Of a stretch of DNA of 64,000 bases, positions 26,001-37,089 are shown piece by piece. Made by a program: the position numbers and the translations under genes. Below the pieces are notes generated by a model. It saw only the letters and a program-made list of their open reading frames with translations. It had not been told where the DNA came from and searched no databases. Every line of letters starts with the position of its first letter. The stretch's first letter is position 1. Origin of the DNA: Phoronis australis (Eukaryota > Animalia > Phoronida); NCBI GenBank assembly GCA_002633005.1, contig NMRA01000323.1, positions 268,817 to 332,816 on the forward strand, read 5' to 3'.

Positions 26001-29000
26001 ATATTAAAATCAGTATCACAGTCATAACTCAACAGTGATGAAAGCCCTAAGACTGCAGAAAAAAATATTTACTATTTCTACAAATAAGAAAACCATGAAG
26101 ACCCGGCACCTAATAATAAACAATAACAATTGTCAGACTCATACCTGATTGGTTTGTGATTGTAAAGACTTTACCATCCATAAAAATAACATACAGCTTT
26201 TTGTGTTCAATGTCGACTACTTGCCTACAGACATCCACAAGGTTGTTTGGCTGAAAATGAGATTGAGGTAAATCACCGTGATGATTGTAAGCTACACATA
26301 AATGGTAATTAATATTTTGTTAATCTCAGTAATCAATAACCCACAAACAGCAGCATCAAAGTAACAAGCTGTTAAGCAAAAAACATTGTTCTGAATTACT
26401 AACTACTGGCTGAAACATAGTAACTTAAATTTAGAACAAATGCTAATTGTAATAGCAATAATCATAGAACATGAACAAATTTTTTATACCATCACAAAAC
26501 ATCAAAGCCACTATGTTACTAACTGTGACCAGATTGTAATTTAACTGTAATTCCAATACCAAGGGATAAGATTCTTGATAGTCAGACAATTTCTGAACCT
26601 GAGCTTCTACGTGGCTTGGACCAAGAGAAACAGTGAAATGTTGTTCTCAACCAAGGGCTCCGTTTCATGAAACTACTTCAGTTCGAAATAACAATGCTGT
26701 CATTCCATAACGTCACGTTGGGCTTGTAGAACATGCTGTTGAAGTCATGCCAACAATCAAACTTGAAACTTAAACTTTCATGAAACAGGGCCCAGGTTCT
26801 TACATAATCTGTCGCAGAGCTTAACTACAACAAGTGACATGGATAGGTCTACTTTAAAGTGAAAGTCATGTGACAGTCACATGACAGAATCCATTTACCC
26901 ACCTGACACCAGGCAGCTACTATCTCCATGCAGGTACGCATGAAGTCGACTGACTCGGAGAACATGGCCACCTCCTTGTACCAGACACAGCCTTTATCCA
27001 GCACATGGATCTCCAGTCTTGACTGTTGCTGAAACCACTTCATGAACAGTCCTGGAGGGCAAGGTTGTCTGGCAATGACAGGCAGAGACATCCATTGGCA
27101 GGAACAGACACCAACAAACAGGCAGTTGACAGAAAGAGGGTGCAAGACCAAAAACATAGTTGGTTCTGGTATCTTGTTTTTTTTTAAATCGAGTTGGTTG
27201 TACAGTATTTTTTGGTAGTCACGTTTTCAATTAAGAAAATCCACCAGACAAGCAAAAATGATGCAGGATTTTTTTCTTTTACTCATCGCATGGCATTTCG
27301 AACTTCACTTACCCTTGCTTAGGTGCTTTTGTGCAGTTTTTCAAAAAAACACCAGACCTTGGTTAAAATTGATGTAGGCAAGCTTTTTTCGGAGTAGAGA
27401 TCAGAACCAATTATGCTTTTTGGCCAATGAACACAAGTTACTTCAAAGAGTGAAAAGCCTGAAAAGCCACATTGCCACTAAAACACCTTTTTAAAAAAGA
27501 TTTTCCGCAAAACCCCAGTAAATCACACTCCATGTATGAGAAGGTGCAATTATCATTTCAATAATTTATAAAATAATGCCTTCTCCCAGAAATGTAGTAT
27601 TTATCAATGAGTTGTAACAGAACGAACAGCTTTGTGCATTGCATGTACCATGAAATTGGTGACATTACAATAAATTGTACCATTGATGCAAAAACACTCA
27701 CATTTAAACCAAGAAGTTGGGATTCACAGTCTGTCGAAAGGGAAACCACACTGAAGTTCGTAACACAATAAGCAGTCATAAACTGTACAGTTGCACAAAC
27801 AATGTTACTGAATTCTGAAAACTAACATTTTTTAGAACTCGACAATGACATAAAAACTAACCGTGGCCAGAGTATTAAGCAGTAATCTACTACATAAATA
27901 TCACAGCAGGGAATGTTGGTCAGCAGCACAATCTGTGAACCAATTGTGGAATTATTCAGAGGTTCCTGTGCTGAAATGAAAACCAACATGTCACCTAATG
28001 ATTAAATCAACGTTAAGGCCGCTATAAACTTGTCTTTCTGTCAAGAATTTAAGTTCTGATTAAGAACAATTATAAAACTGAGGCCTGTTTCATGAAAGTG
28101 ACTTAAGACTTAAGAGGTCTTACGATCCCACTTCCCAATTGATGAATAAAGGTTTAGTTAAGTAATCATCAATGCTTCACAGTGTCAAAATAATAGATAG
28201 AAATTATTTCCTTCAGTAACTCGCTGTTATGCCGATATTCTCCAAGACTTGACATTATTGCTCCATTGACATTTTTCTAAAATAACAGCGTGGAACATAC
28301 GACCCAATTTCTGACCTAACTCTGCAGTCATTTTTCATGACGCAGAACCCTGGACTCAACTTGTACTTTACTCAGGTGAGAAGAGGCTTCTGGGCTTTGA
28401 AAAAACAGACAGCCTAACAGCCTGGTCTTTACAATTAGTCTGTAAGTCCTTCTGATCAGTGTACGGGGAACAATTTGTGACCATCTTTAAATAGGCTTCT
28501 GGTCGAAATCAGAAGATAGTTTTTAGACTAAAGATAGCTTTATGTAAGCTTCAACTATATCAGTAAGCACACCAGATTGTGTTGGCTGAAGAAATCGTCC
28601 AGTTTTCAAACTACAGAAATGTGCTTGACTCGCAGGTAAAGGGTAACTAGTATTTTTTTAGGGTGTTGAATCTTCAGCACATGTAAGTGGGAAATGACAA
28701 AAGTTTTGGCAGTTAATTTCTTGTCCAGCATGCTTCGACAATTTTCACTTCAAAGAAATTCTTGAGGTCTAAAAACATTTCTGTCGAAGTAGTTCATCAA
28801 GTGATTATATCCACAACCAAAGTCAAAAAAAAATTAATTTGTTCATTTTTACAATACACTAGTGTAAAAACTATCTTGATGAGGATCATCAGATTTTAGC
28901 AGCAAACAACTAACAACTGACATCCGTCCCGAAGGAAACAATGTCAAGCATTTTTAAGATCCCAACCCATTACACCCCACCCAACACCTAAACCCTACAG

Positions 29001-31426
29001 TGACGACACCACTCGAATCCCCTTCTCATTTCCTACCAGGAGGTAATGTCCTCTTGCACACCCTATGTCCAGTCTCAGACCACTCGCACCAGTAAACTGT
29101 CCGCTGGTCTTTCTGTAATACAATGCTCGTGACCTTTGACCTTGAGTCAGTCAGATCAAACTGACCATGCAACGACCATACGCCGTTCTTGTGGATCCAA
29201 CACTGGACGTGCCCGCAGACTTCAATCTGGACAATAAATTTCACAAGAAGTGGTTAACAAAACAAGCCTTTTTTAGAAAATCGATTTCTTAGAGAGGAGC
29301 AAAGTTGAGAATTACATAGTTGGAAAAAACAAAGAGTGTACAAAGTGGAACTTAAACATTAATTTAAAATATCGCACAAGTTCGATTGGTAACAACACAA
29401 ACAGAATGTTTTGAATTTACAATGAAAGTACTAGACATTTACCACAAAGAAGACATTATATGACTGGCGCAAAATGACTCTCACTGGTGCTGTGATGGGC
29501 ACCTCAAAGAATGGCTCCCTCATCTGAAAACATATCAACAAGGATTAACTGTTACGTAATATTGATCATGTTTTGGATTATTCTGGACAAGTAGGACCAG
29601 ACAGACTACATAATATTATCAGTGAACAATACTTCAGCAGTTTTTATTGCAGGCAAGTGTTAAAAACTACACTAGTTTGAACTTGTTACCAAAATTTGTG
29701 ACTGACTAGAATCAGGGCTTGGAATGACCAATGGCAGAAAATGTTTTAGGTGATGTATCGTTCCACACATAATACGCTTGTGAGATTGACATATTTTTAT
29801 GTAGTAAAATTTAACTGAAATAAAACGTTTTTGCACGAATAAAGCCACAATAATGATGAAAATAGACAAAAAAAGAGGAAATTGAAACCAAAAAAGAGGA
29901 AATCATCTTACAAGTCATGTGGAATGCAAATATTAAAATTCGCAATCATAGATTTACATGCTATTGTTCAGAGGAATCTGTCATTGGTTTGAAAACTATA
30001 GTCTCAACAGAGGTTCCCAAGAGGAGACCTAAACACGGGGAACAAACCCCTTGCATCAACATGATAGTCAGATTCCCCTCATACCTTTTGTTCAGGCACA
30101 TTTTCAGTGAAGATTTGAAGAGAAGTAGGCGACTCCACAAACAGGTGAGGGGGGAAGTATGAAGGGCTGCAACCATCTCTGTTGATCTGAAAGGAAAATC
30201 AATTTAAGAAAGTATAGTATACTACAGGACCCTCGTTCACCACAGGTAAAGATTCTTGTGCCTTCTGAGATGGGAATTTTTTGGTGTGAGGAGAAAATTC
30301 TTCTTCCCAATCACCATCAATATCATCCCCCACCCTGTCGCAAGCCCTCATAGGGTTTGGCAATGACAACAGAGGCGATGGTCATTGCCTATCATAGGGT
30401 CTGCCTCAAGTAGCCAAAACTAACTTGTTTGCACTCTTTCAAATTGCCACTTGTAGGAGTTACAAGCGATTCGAGCCTCGAAGGGAATTTTCGCACCTCA
30501 TAAGTGGAGTTTTATTCTTCACTATTTTTAAGAGGGGAAAAGGGAGCTGATATTCGGCTCCCAAATCGAGGCCTAAGTGAGGGCCCTGTACTATGACTGG
30601 CTATGGCTGTACAAAATGAATTCTGGTTCTCTTCATTTTGACCGCTTCTCATTATAAAACTACAGCTCATTCACATGATGAATAGTTTCTAAGCTGAGAG
30701 TAGGAAAGAATTAACTGTTAGGCATTGCTTGAAAACACGCTCAGGACATAAAATGTACCACAGTGACAATGACTGAACTTCTCCAGGATGCTCTCTCAGT
30801 CTCTGGTAATAACGACCAGAATTCCTTTAGAGTAAAACAAATATAGCGTAACCCTATTTTAAAATTTCCTTTTTTTTGATGATTCTTCAATCAACTGTTT
30901 TTTCCCCAAGGTTGCGAACTGTTCACAACAAATTGCTGGAATTGCATATTTCAATATTCAAATTCAAAGCATTTATTATAATACAGCTTTGCTGTTTGCA
31001 CCACACCAGGCCAGCCAAGAAGGCTATTTCAACATCAGACTATAGGGACTATAGCATCCTCCATTCTAAGATGTAAAATAAATGCTTACCTGGCGAGACT
31101 GCTGCCCCTCAAATGACATTATTCTGTACACACTAACCATGTTCATGAAGTAACATTTTGGCTCTATAGCTGGAAAAGTCTGGACCCGTTCCTACGATAA
31201 TGAGAACTCACGTCGATAACTTCCTAACTTCCGCAATTTTCTTGATTTTTTTGTGTGAAGAGCACTTTTCTCCTTTTGCGACACCTATCAGACAACATCG
31301 CAATAGGCTACCGCATGATTGTTCTTCATCAGTCCCCACTGCCAACGCCGTAATGTGCAGGCGACGTAGGCCTACGCAGTGTTCGAAACACGGAATTCTT
31401 CTTCTTCTTGGTTTAAGTGACCACAT
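16771..31426 (-). CDS. HPS6: HPS6-like BLOC-2 subunit, ~792 aa, 20 exons: 31426-31312, 31169-31090, 30824-30759, 30186-30085, 29523-29443, 29226-29037, 27970-27862, 27068-26903, 26250-26145, 25853-25766, 24550-24412, 22917-22855, 22010-21921, 21356-21201, 20390-20219, 19438-19311, 18819-18739, 17924-17824, 17599-17452, 16968-16771
   Basis: All junctions are GT-AG and phase-consistent (2379 nt). Motifs are colinear with human HPS6 as I recall it: VYWCE...HRVCKRTLP (LVWCE...HCVCVRTLE), IVLLTNIP (HVLLHHCP), VDFMRT (WDFRT), LFEVLIRLLYTQQP (PFELLCQCLCQLEP), LYERALSCL (LYRRALAVL). The first three exons are the least certain. Confidence 0.8.
18995..19111 (-). mobile_element. tRNA-derived SINE 5' fragment
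   Basis: Minus strand reads GGCAGTGTGGCCTGGTTG (A-box-like)...GGTTTCGAGTCCC (B-box-like), followed by CCCTTGAGCCAGG. Confidence 0.6.
20033..20062. repeat. (AAT)n microsatellite
   Basis: Seen directly. Confidence 0.9.
21758..21868. repeat. ~37-bp tandem repeat x3
   Basis: ggttgcatgcaggtttga....ttgataatcat units in an HPS6-like intron. Confidence 0.8.
26655..26792. mobile_element. Harbinger-like MITE
   Basis: GGGCTCCGTTTCATGAAA...TTTCATGAAACAGGGCC followed by CAG-GT. Related ends at ~28081, 34121-34310 and 44711-44940. Confidence 0.6.
27145..27425. mobile_element. Dispersed MITE (second copy ~48975-49290)
   Basis: TIR CCAAAAACATAGTTGGTTCT / AGAACCAATTATGCTTTTTGG. Internal similarity to the copy in TAF8 intron 2. 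Confidence 0.65.
29712..29919. mobile_element. hAT-like MITE (second copy 59203-59438)
   Basis: Starts CAGGGCTTGGAAT and has AAAAGAGGAAA subrepeats. Near-perfect 6-bp flanks TAGAAT/TGGAAT. Confidence 0.65.
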
Positions 31427-33323
31427 TCTCTCCAGAGTATTATGTCACTGTTCGATGAAACTCGGCTTTTGACTTCATAGCTAATTAATTTCTGTGCAAT
31501 TTCATCATGAGAAAAACTTTTCCCCCGGCTGCCCCGGGCGGCCTTACCGTCAATCCGGCGACCGGCAAGTCATGCACTGAGACACCAAGTGCATGGCCTC
31601 TTCCCCGTGTCGGCTAAGACGGTAATCAAGTTATTCCACCACTAAAAATAAAAAAAAACCCAACGTGACTTTTTTTCGGTCTTATGACTCTGAGAAGAGT
31701 TTGCCGGCCGCTTCGGTCGAGAGCTGGGGGGGCCGGGCTGCAAAATGATATGAAGAGGCCGGAATAGCCCTGTGTATCAAGCTCAGTGTCTCACGAGTCA
31801 GTCAACCGAGAAATATATAACGATAAGGACTCATACTAAACACAGGTCGGAAGACTTTCGATATTCCATTTTCCCGGGCCGCTTTTGCCGGGCTCTTATC
31901 ACTGAGTGAATGCGCTACTGAGCACTATAGTCGTACTCTAGAAACTCATCAATTTTTATTGCAATCTCGACTGAGAACACGATTCACTCGGCTTTCAGTC
32001 AAGAACAACAAAGTCAGTAATAATACCTCAAATTCTCCGTGAGTTCTAGCGCCAGCGCGCGGTATCTGACATATCACATCAGTCATCATGAGCAGAAACT
32101 ACATAGTCGAATACCGACACCTGAGGGGTTCTGCTGCGCGTGACGTGGAATCCTGTCTCAAGATGGCGTATGTGTTAACTTCGAATTGACGGAATATCAT
32201 TTGGGCTAGATTCACGGCAGGTGAAGTTTTTTGTTCAGCTTCATGATCACCCATTTTCTCCTTTACCTTAACTTGTGTCAAGAGAATTGCAGAAATGTGT
32301 GAATTATTAAAATAAGTTGTTTGGTGCATTACGGCGTTTTCCCATTGCTCCCAACTTGTTCGATTCTATAGACCAACAAAAAGTTGGGAAGTTTACCCCT
32401 GTAACCGGCCAGTATCTTACACGACTGATTAACCCCATTCTGGTATTCATGGTTGGAGCACATCTCTCTTTTGTTCGATAATTGCTCTAATCTTCAAAAA
32501 TATCGTATAAAGCCTGACTGGTCTGTGCTGTTAAAAATAAAAGTTAAGTTATAACATATTTGAACATAAACCAATAGCATTCTTAATAAGATCGGCAATA
32601 GTTGAAAAAAGATTTATTTAAATTTACGTTAGTACATTAACATCTAATTTAATTTACTACAGTTGCAAATCTCTATCAACGTGAACGTGATTATTTGAGT
32701 GAACTTGTCAAGTTTCCTCGTGTATTCAAAGTTCACTGCATACGCAATCTTGGAAGTAAGAAGTTCACGCACGGCTTTTGTGAAGATGAGCGTGTAATCT
32801 ACAATAGACGGCGCCCGTCTCTCTGGCACTGAAAATTACCAGCATCGTGACGGTACTGTATGAAAACTACGCCCTATCTTGTGACACGAACAGATGACAT
32901 ACAATTTGCTAGTAATACGCTATCCGATGTATCAACAGGAGAGTGGAACTTACAGTATAAAACTGAACTCAGAAACTAGCCGAATAGGGCAAAGACCCGT
33001 ATATCACCACTGAGATAAGATGAGCCCATGAGTGGCCTACTAGCTATAGGCGTCCAAAGAAGTTGCACTCGTCAAACTAACCCAGCTTAAATTTATCAGT
33101 ACCCGTCACGTATGAATTCAAATATGTGTAAGGGAACGTACACATCTGTCGTCATGACGTACCGGGATAGCTTGTTATTTCTTGAAAAGCTGCCGATCAC
33201 ACGCAGTGGTAAGACTTAGCCTACCCAATAACCGGCTGCAAACGACAGAGACCCGTCACTTAATTGCATCAGCAAATGCATTTCGTCTGGAACGGTGGAC
33301 CTGCCGTGTATCCCGGGGCTAAA

Positions 33324-35192
33324 ATGTTGCTCATTCTTCTGAGCATTCTCCCATTGAGCTTGGGAGAGAATCCAGGGCCACCGTCCTGTCAATACGGCGA
33401 CGACGGGAAAAACATCAGCCCATTTGGCGGAACCGTAACGACACCGTGTGGCACTTTGAAATGCTTACTAGGAGTTTTGTATTTGGATGACAGAAAGGTT
33501 AGTTGAATATTAAATGTAGTAGACCTACATGTACATTAATAATTTCTATAGTGTCCATCGAACCTGAAACTTTAACATATTTCGATAATAACCATTAATG
33601 TTTGTGCTCTAGCTCAGTAGCCAACATTGGCACTGTGCTCGTAAACTTCATGGGAGTTGGGGGTGACGACATTTGAGAGCACATGGTACCCTGATCGACA
33701 ACACCATCTTCACCCGTCTCCAACCTGGCGACTCTACGCCGGCGCGGATCCGCCCGAGTCCCCCAGCGTCTCGCATTGTCCCGACCTATCGGCTGGTCCA
33801 TCGACCTCAGTTTCCTCCCAAGTTTTGTCCTCCTGTGTCGTCACGAAGTTTGGCCGCCACTTACGTCTAACATCATGGTAGACCTGTCTACATGTTTGAA
33901 TCACATACATAGCTAACAAATTCAAGAGTATATTTTCTGATCGATTTGGTGGGGGCTGCGGGAAGGTGCTTCACTTGAGCCTCCGTCACTCTCCCTGAGC
34001 TTAAGTTCACCTTTAAGCCAACCAAAAGCCAGAGTATACGGTAACATATATGTTATATTCTGCCATCTCGTCCCATATGACTTCATGCCGCAATGCCGAG
34101 ATTTCAACAGCAGAGGACAGGAGCCTGTTCCAAGTCAAGTCTAAGATTTGTTTCAGTTTCCACAATTTAGTTAAGAATAAGACAAAACTTAATCCAAACT
34201 TAAGATATTTTTCTTGAAACGTACTTGAGATAAATTTAAGTTTTATCTTAAAATTGACTGGAATTTGGGATTTGTTCTTAAGCCGATTCCGTTTTTTTAG
34301 AACGCGCCCCCCTTTTTAAAAGATTTCGCCCTGCAAGTGAAACTTATCAAAGTTCTACTCTAATCAGGGCGTTTTCCTCATTTTGGCCATGAAGAAGACA
34401 TTTTATAGAACCAGGTCAAAACAGAAATTTTAAGCCGCACTCTTCCACAAAAATATGGCGTAAACGAAACTTTCTTACTATTTCGTGATAAAACACTGAA
34501 GTATTATGATATTTTTCAAACATACTCATTTAGTTATATTACTTTTCTTCACGAAAACTCCGTTGAAGAAAAATGGGTGTGCATTTATTAAAAAGCGCGG
34601 GAACGCGGCAATGACTGAGCCGTGTAACACAAATATGTATTATGATCGACATATGTCCCGAATAATAGATAAATGATACGTGCGTCGCAAGCTCGTTACC
34701 AGAGACGAAAAGGAGACCGAGGTAGGCGATATAAAATACCTCTATGATAAATTTCCACTCTGTCTATAGACTCCCCATCGGCATACTGATATAAATTGTT
34801 TAATGTAAACTGACGCTGTTATCAAAATTCTTATTCAGGTACCACAAGACTGGAGATGCGACCTAAGTGTTTGCATTTACTACGGCCACACATACTATCC
34901 GGAGCAAATTATCGAAGTGTCACCTTGCGGCCGACTCACCTGTGAAGATGGCGGTTTTATGTTTCTGAGTGGTCAACCGTTAAGGGATCCAAAATGGACG
35001 TGTAGCCGAGACAAAGTTTGTTGGTACAAAAACAAACCATTTTTAGTTGGCCAAAAGGTCGACAGAACAAACTGTGGTTACCTGATTTGTGGCGGATCCG
35101 TGCAAGACGGGGCGTATCTTACTGTCCATGGAAATCGGATAGCTGATGACTGGGAGTGTACACTTCCACATCCTGACAGAAAGAAACCATGA
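33324..35192 (+). CDS. Secreted cysteine-rich protein (~175 aa) with three tandem 4-Cys repeats. Exons 33324-33497 and 34839-35192
   Basis: Signal-like start MLLILLSILPLSLG. A phase-0 GT-AG intron joins ...LDDRK|VPQDWRC.... Three units of C-x-Y...C-G-x-L-x-C...W-x-C. An in-frame upstream ATG also exists at 33276. Confidence 0.8.
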
Positions 35193-36519
35193 ACGGAAGT
35201 AAAACGTTGGCCGGGATATCCATGATTCTTAAAAAACTGTTCGACTGTTGTTGTTGAAAAATGAAACGCATTTTTAGAATTTACCATTGATTCCAAACCA
35301 TTTGAAAATTAGGCGGCTTTTTATGAGTGCACATTCACCAACAGCCAACTTTAGCCAAACAGATTGATTTCGAGTAGCAATGTCGGTACCAAAATATAGA
35401 AAAACAAGTACATGTAACAATTAATAATCATAATTTTTGTATTATGGCTTGGAATAATTAGAAAATTCTCGTTGCCGATATCGAGGTCACATTAGTTGAT
35501 GTTGATTTTGAAAACGTCTTCTAGGTTAAAGGGGTTGAAATATCTTTCATACATTTTTGAAAATGATATAGGGACGTCTAAGAACACTTTCGCGGTTCTC
35601 ATATGTCTTCGCTGGTCTCATTACATAGAATTTCATTTCAGTTACCCGGTACCAAAAAGATTATCAAAACCATCAGCCACTCAAGAAGACGCTTGAAAGA
35701 TATTTAGGCTGGACACCACTAAAATCGTGCACTCGAAAATGGCTCACATGAAACCATTATCTGTGACTTGTAGAGCGCACTATACAATTCTTACAGGGTT
35801 TTGGCTGCCGACGCACACCTAAGTGGAGATGAGTCCTTTCCTCACGTCCTAAACAAGAGTTTGAAAAAACAAATAAAAGGTTTTGTAGCATTCCCAACTC
35901 ACAAACACTACTCATGGTAACTGAATCTTAATTATGCTCCAGATTTTTAATTGGATAATTCACATCGAAAAAAATGCCCGCTTAGAAAAATGAGACCCAA
36001 AAAACCCCTAAATTCGACAGATTTTCCCCAAAATTACCACTTCCCTGTGAGAGCTAGAAAAAACAGACTACAGGTTTAGAATGCTCTTTCTCCCTGAATT
36101 CTAAAAATGTGTTCATAGTATGCGCCTTACCATACACCTGCTTGGCAATTTTGAACTGTTTGACAGCCACCTGAAATCGCACCCGGTTTCTCAGACAACA
36201 AGCGACAGGGGTTGAAAGCACACTGCAGCCACCATTTTGCATCAAAAGTAGGCCGCGGCAAAAAGTTGGCTTTTCTCATTGAGAACGAGTTTAAAAGCAT
36301 AAGCAAACCAGTTTCCTTGAAATTATTTTCAACGCATTCCCCAAAACATCCGCCAACCCAGACACACTCGTTTTGCTTAATTCTAGGCACTTAAAAACGC
36401 CCGTGGCTGCAGCCTGACTGTTCCGTGCTACCTCAGCACAGCTCAAGTTGGTGGTATTTCCGCAGCCTAATTGTTCAGTCCTAACTTGAACTAGTAACTG
36501 AAATCGAATCCTATTGCGG

Positions 36520-36610
36520 CGGACAAAATCCGGAAATTGGGTCAGCCGAGCACGCGTGCGCGCAGGAATAGGAATTTCTAGCCTTGGTGATTTTGGTCAC
36601 GTGACACACA
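36520..36610 (+). promoter_or_regulatory. Candidate promoter of the large-ORF gene
   Basis: Cluster of an ETS-like CCGGAA, an NRF1-like GCGTGCGCGCA and a palindromic E-box GTCACGTGAC, ~0.5 kb upstream of the candidate first exon. Confidence 0.35.
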
Positions 36611-37089
36611 TTGGCTTCTTTCTACATAAACCACTAAGCGAATATTTCGCTTGCTATGAGACCGACTTTCGTGTTTTAGCCACCTAAACAGGGCGAAATG
36701 CAGCGCTTTAGGAAAATCATTCAGAAGTCTACGTTTTGAGAGTGCACTGCAGACGAGTGTCCCATTCCCGATGTGCAATGAGTCACATCTTTAACTTTCA
36801 AATTGTTGACTTGAGCCCCCTTTAGAAAATCCTAAATTGATTCTCTTTTCAAAAAGTCCTGGTTCCTCCCCTGTTTCTAAATACATACATCTATTAGCAA
36901 GACGTTGCAACTTTCAAGGAAATGACTTCTGCATATTTCAAAAACTTTAACGGAAAAAGAAAACCACGGAACCAACAATGGATTAGTTTACACAACACTC
37001 TACACAACAATAGGACAGCGATGTTAGTTTCTGGCATATGTTGCCACGTGATTCAGTTCTATAACAAAACATTCTAACTCACTTATAAC

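Noticed and set aside
33595-33925. GC-rich overlapping ORFs inside the Cys-repeat gene intron
   Set aside because: No recognisable motif. The flanking exons already complete repeat 1 without it, so it is probably a repeat fragment.
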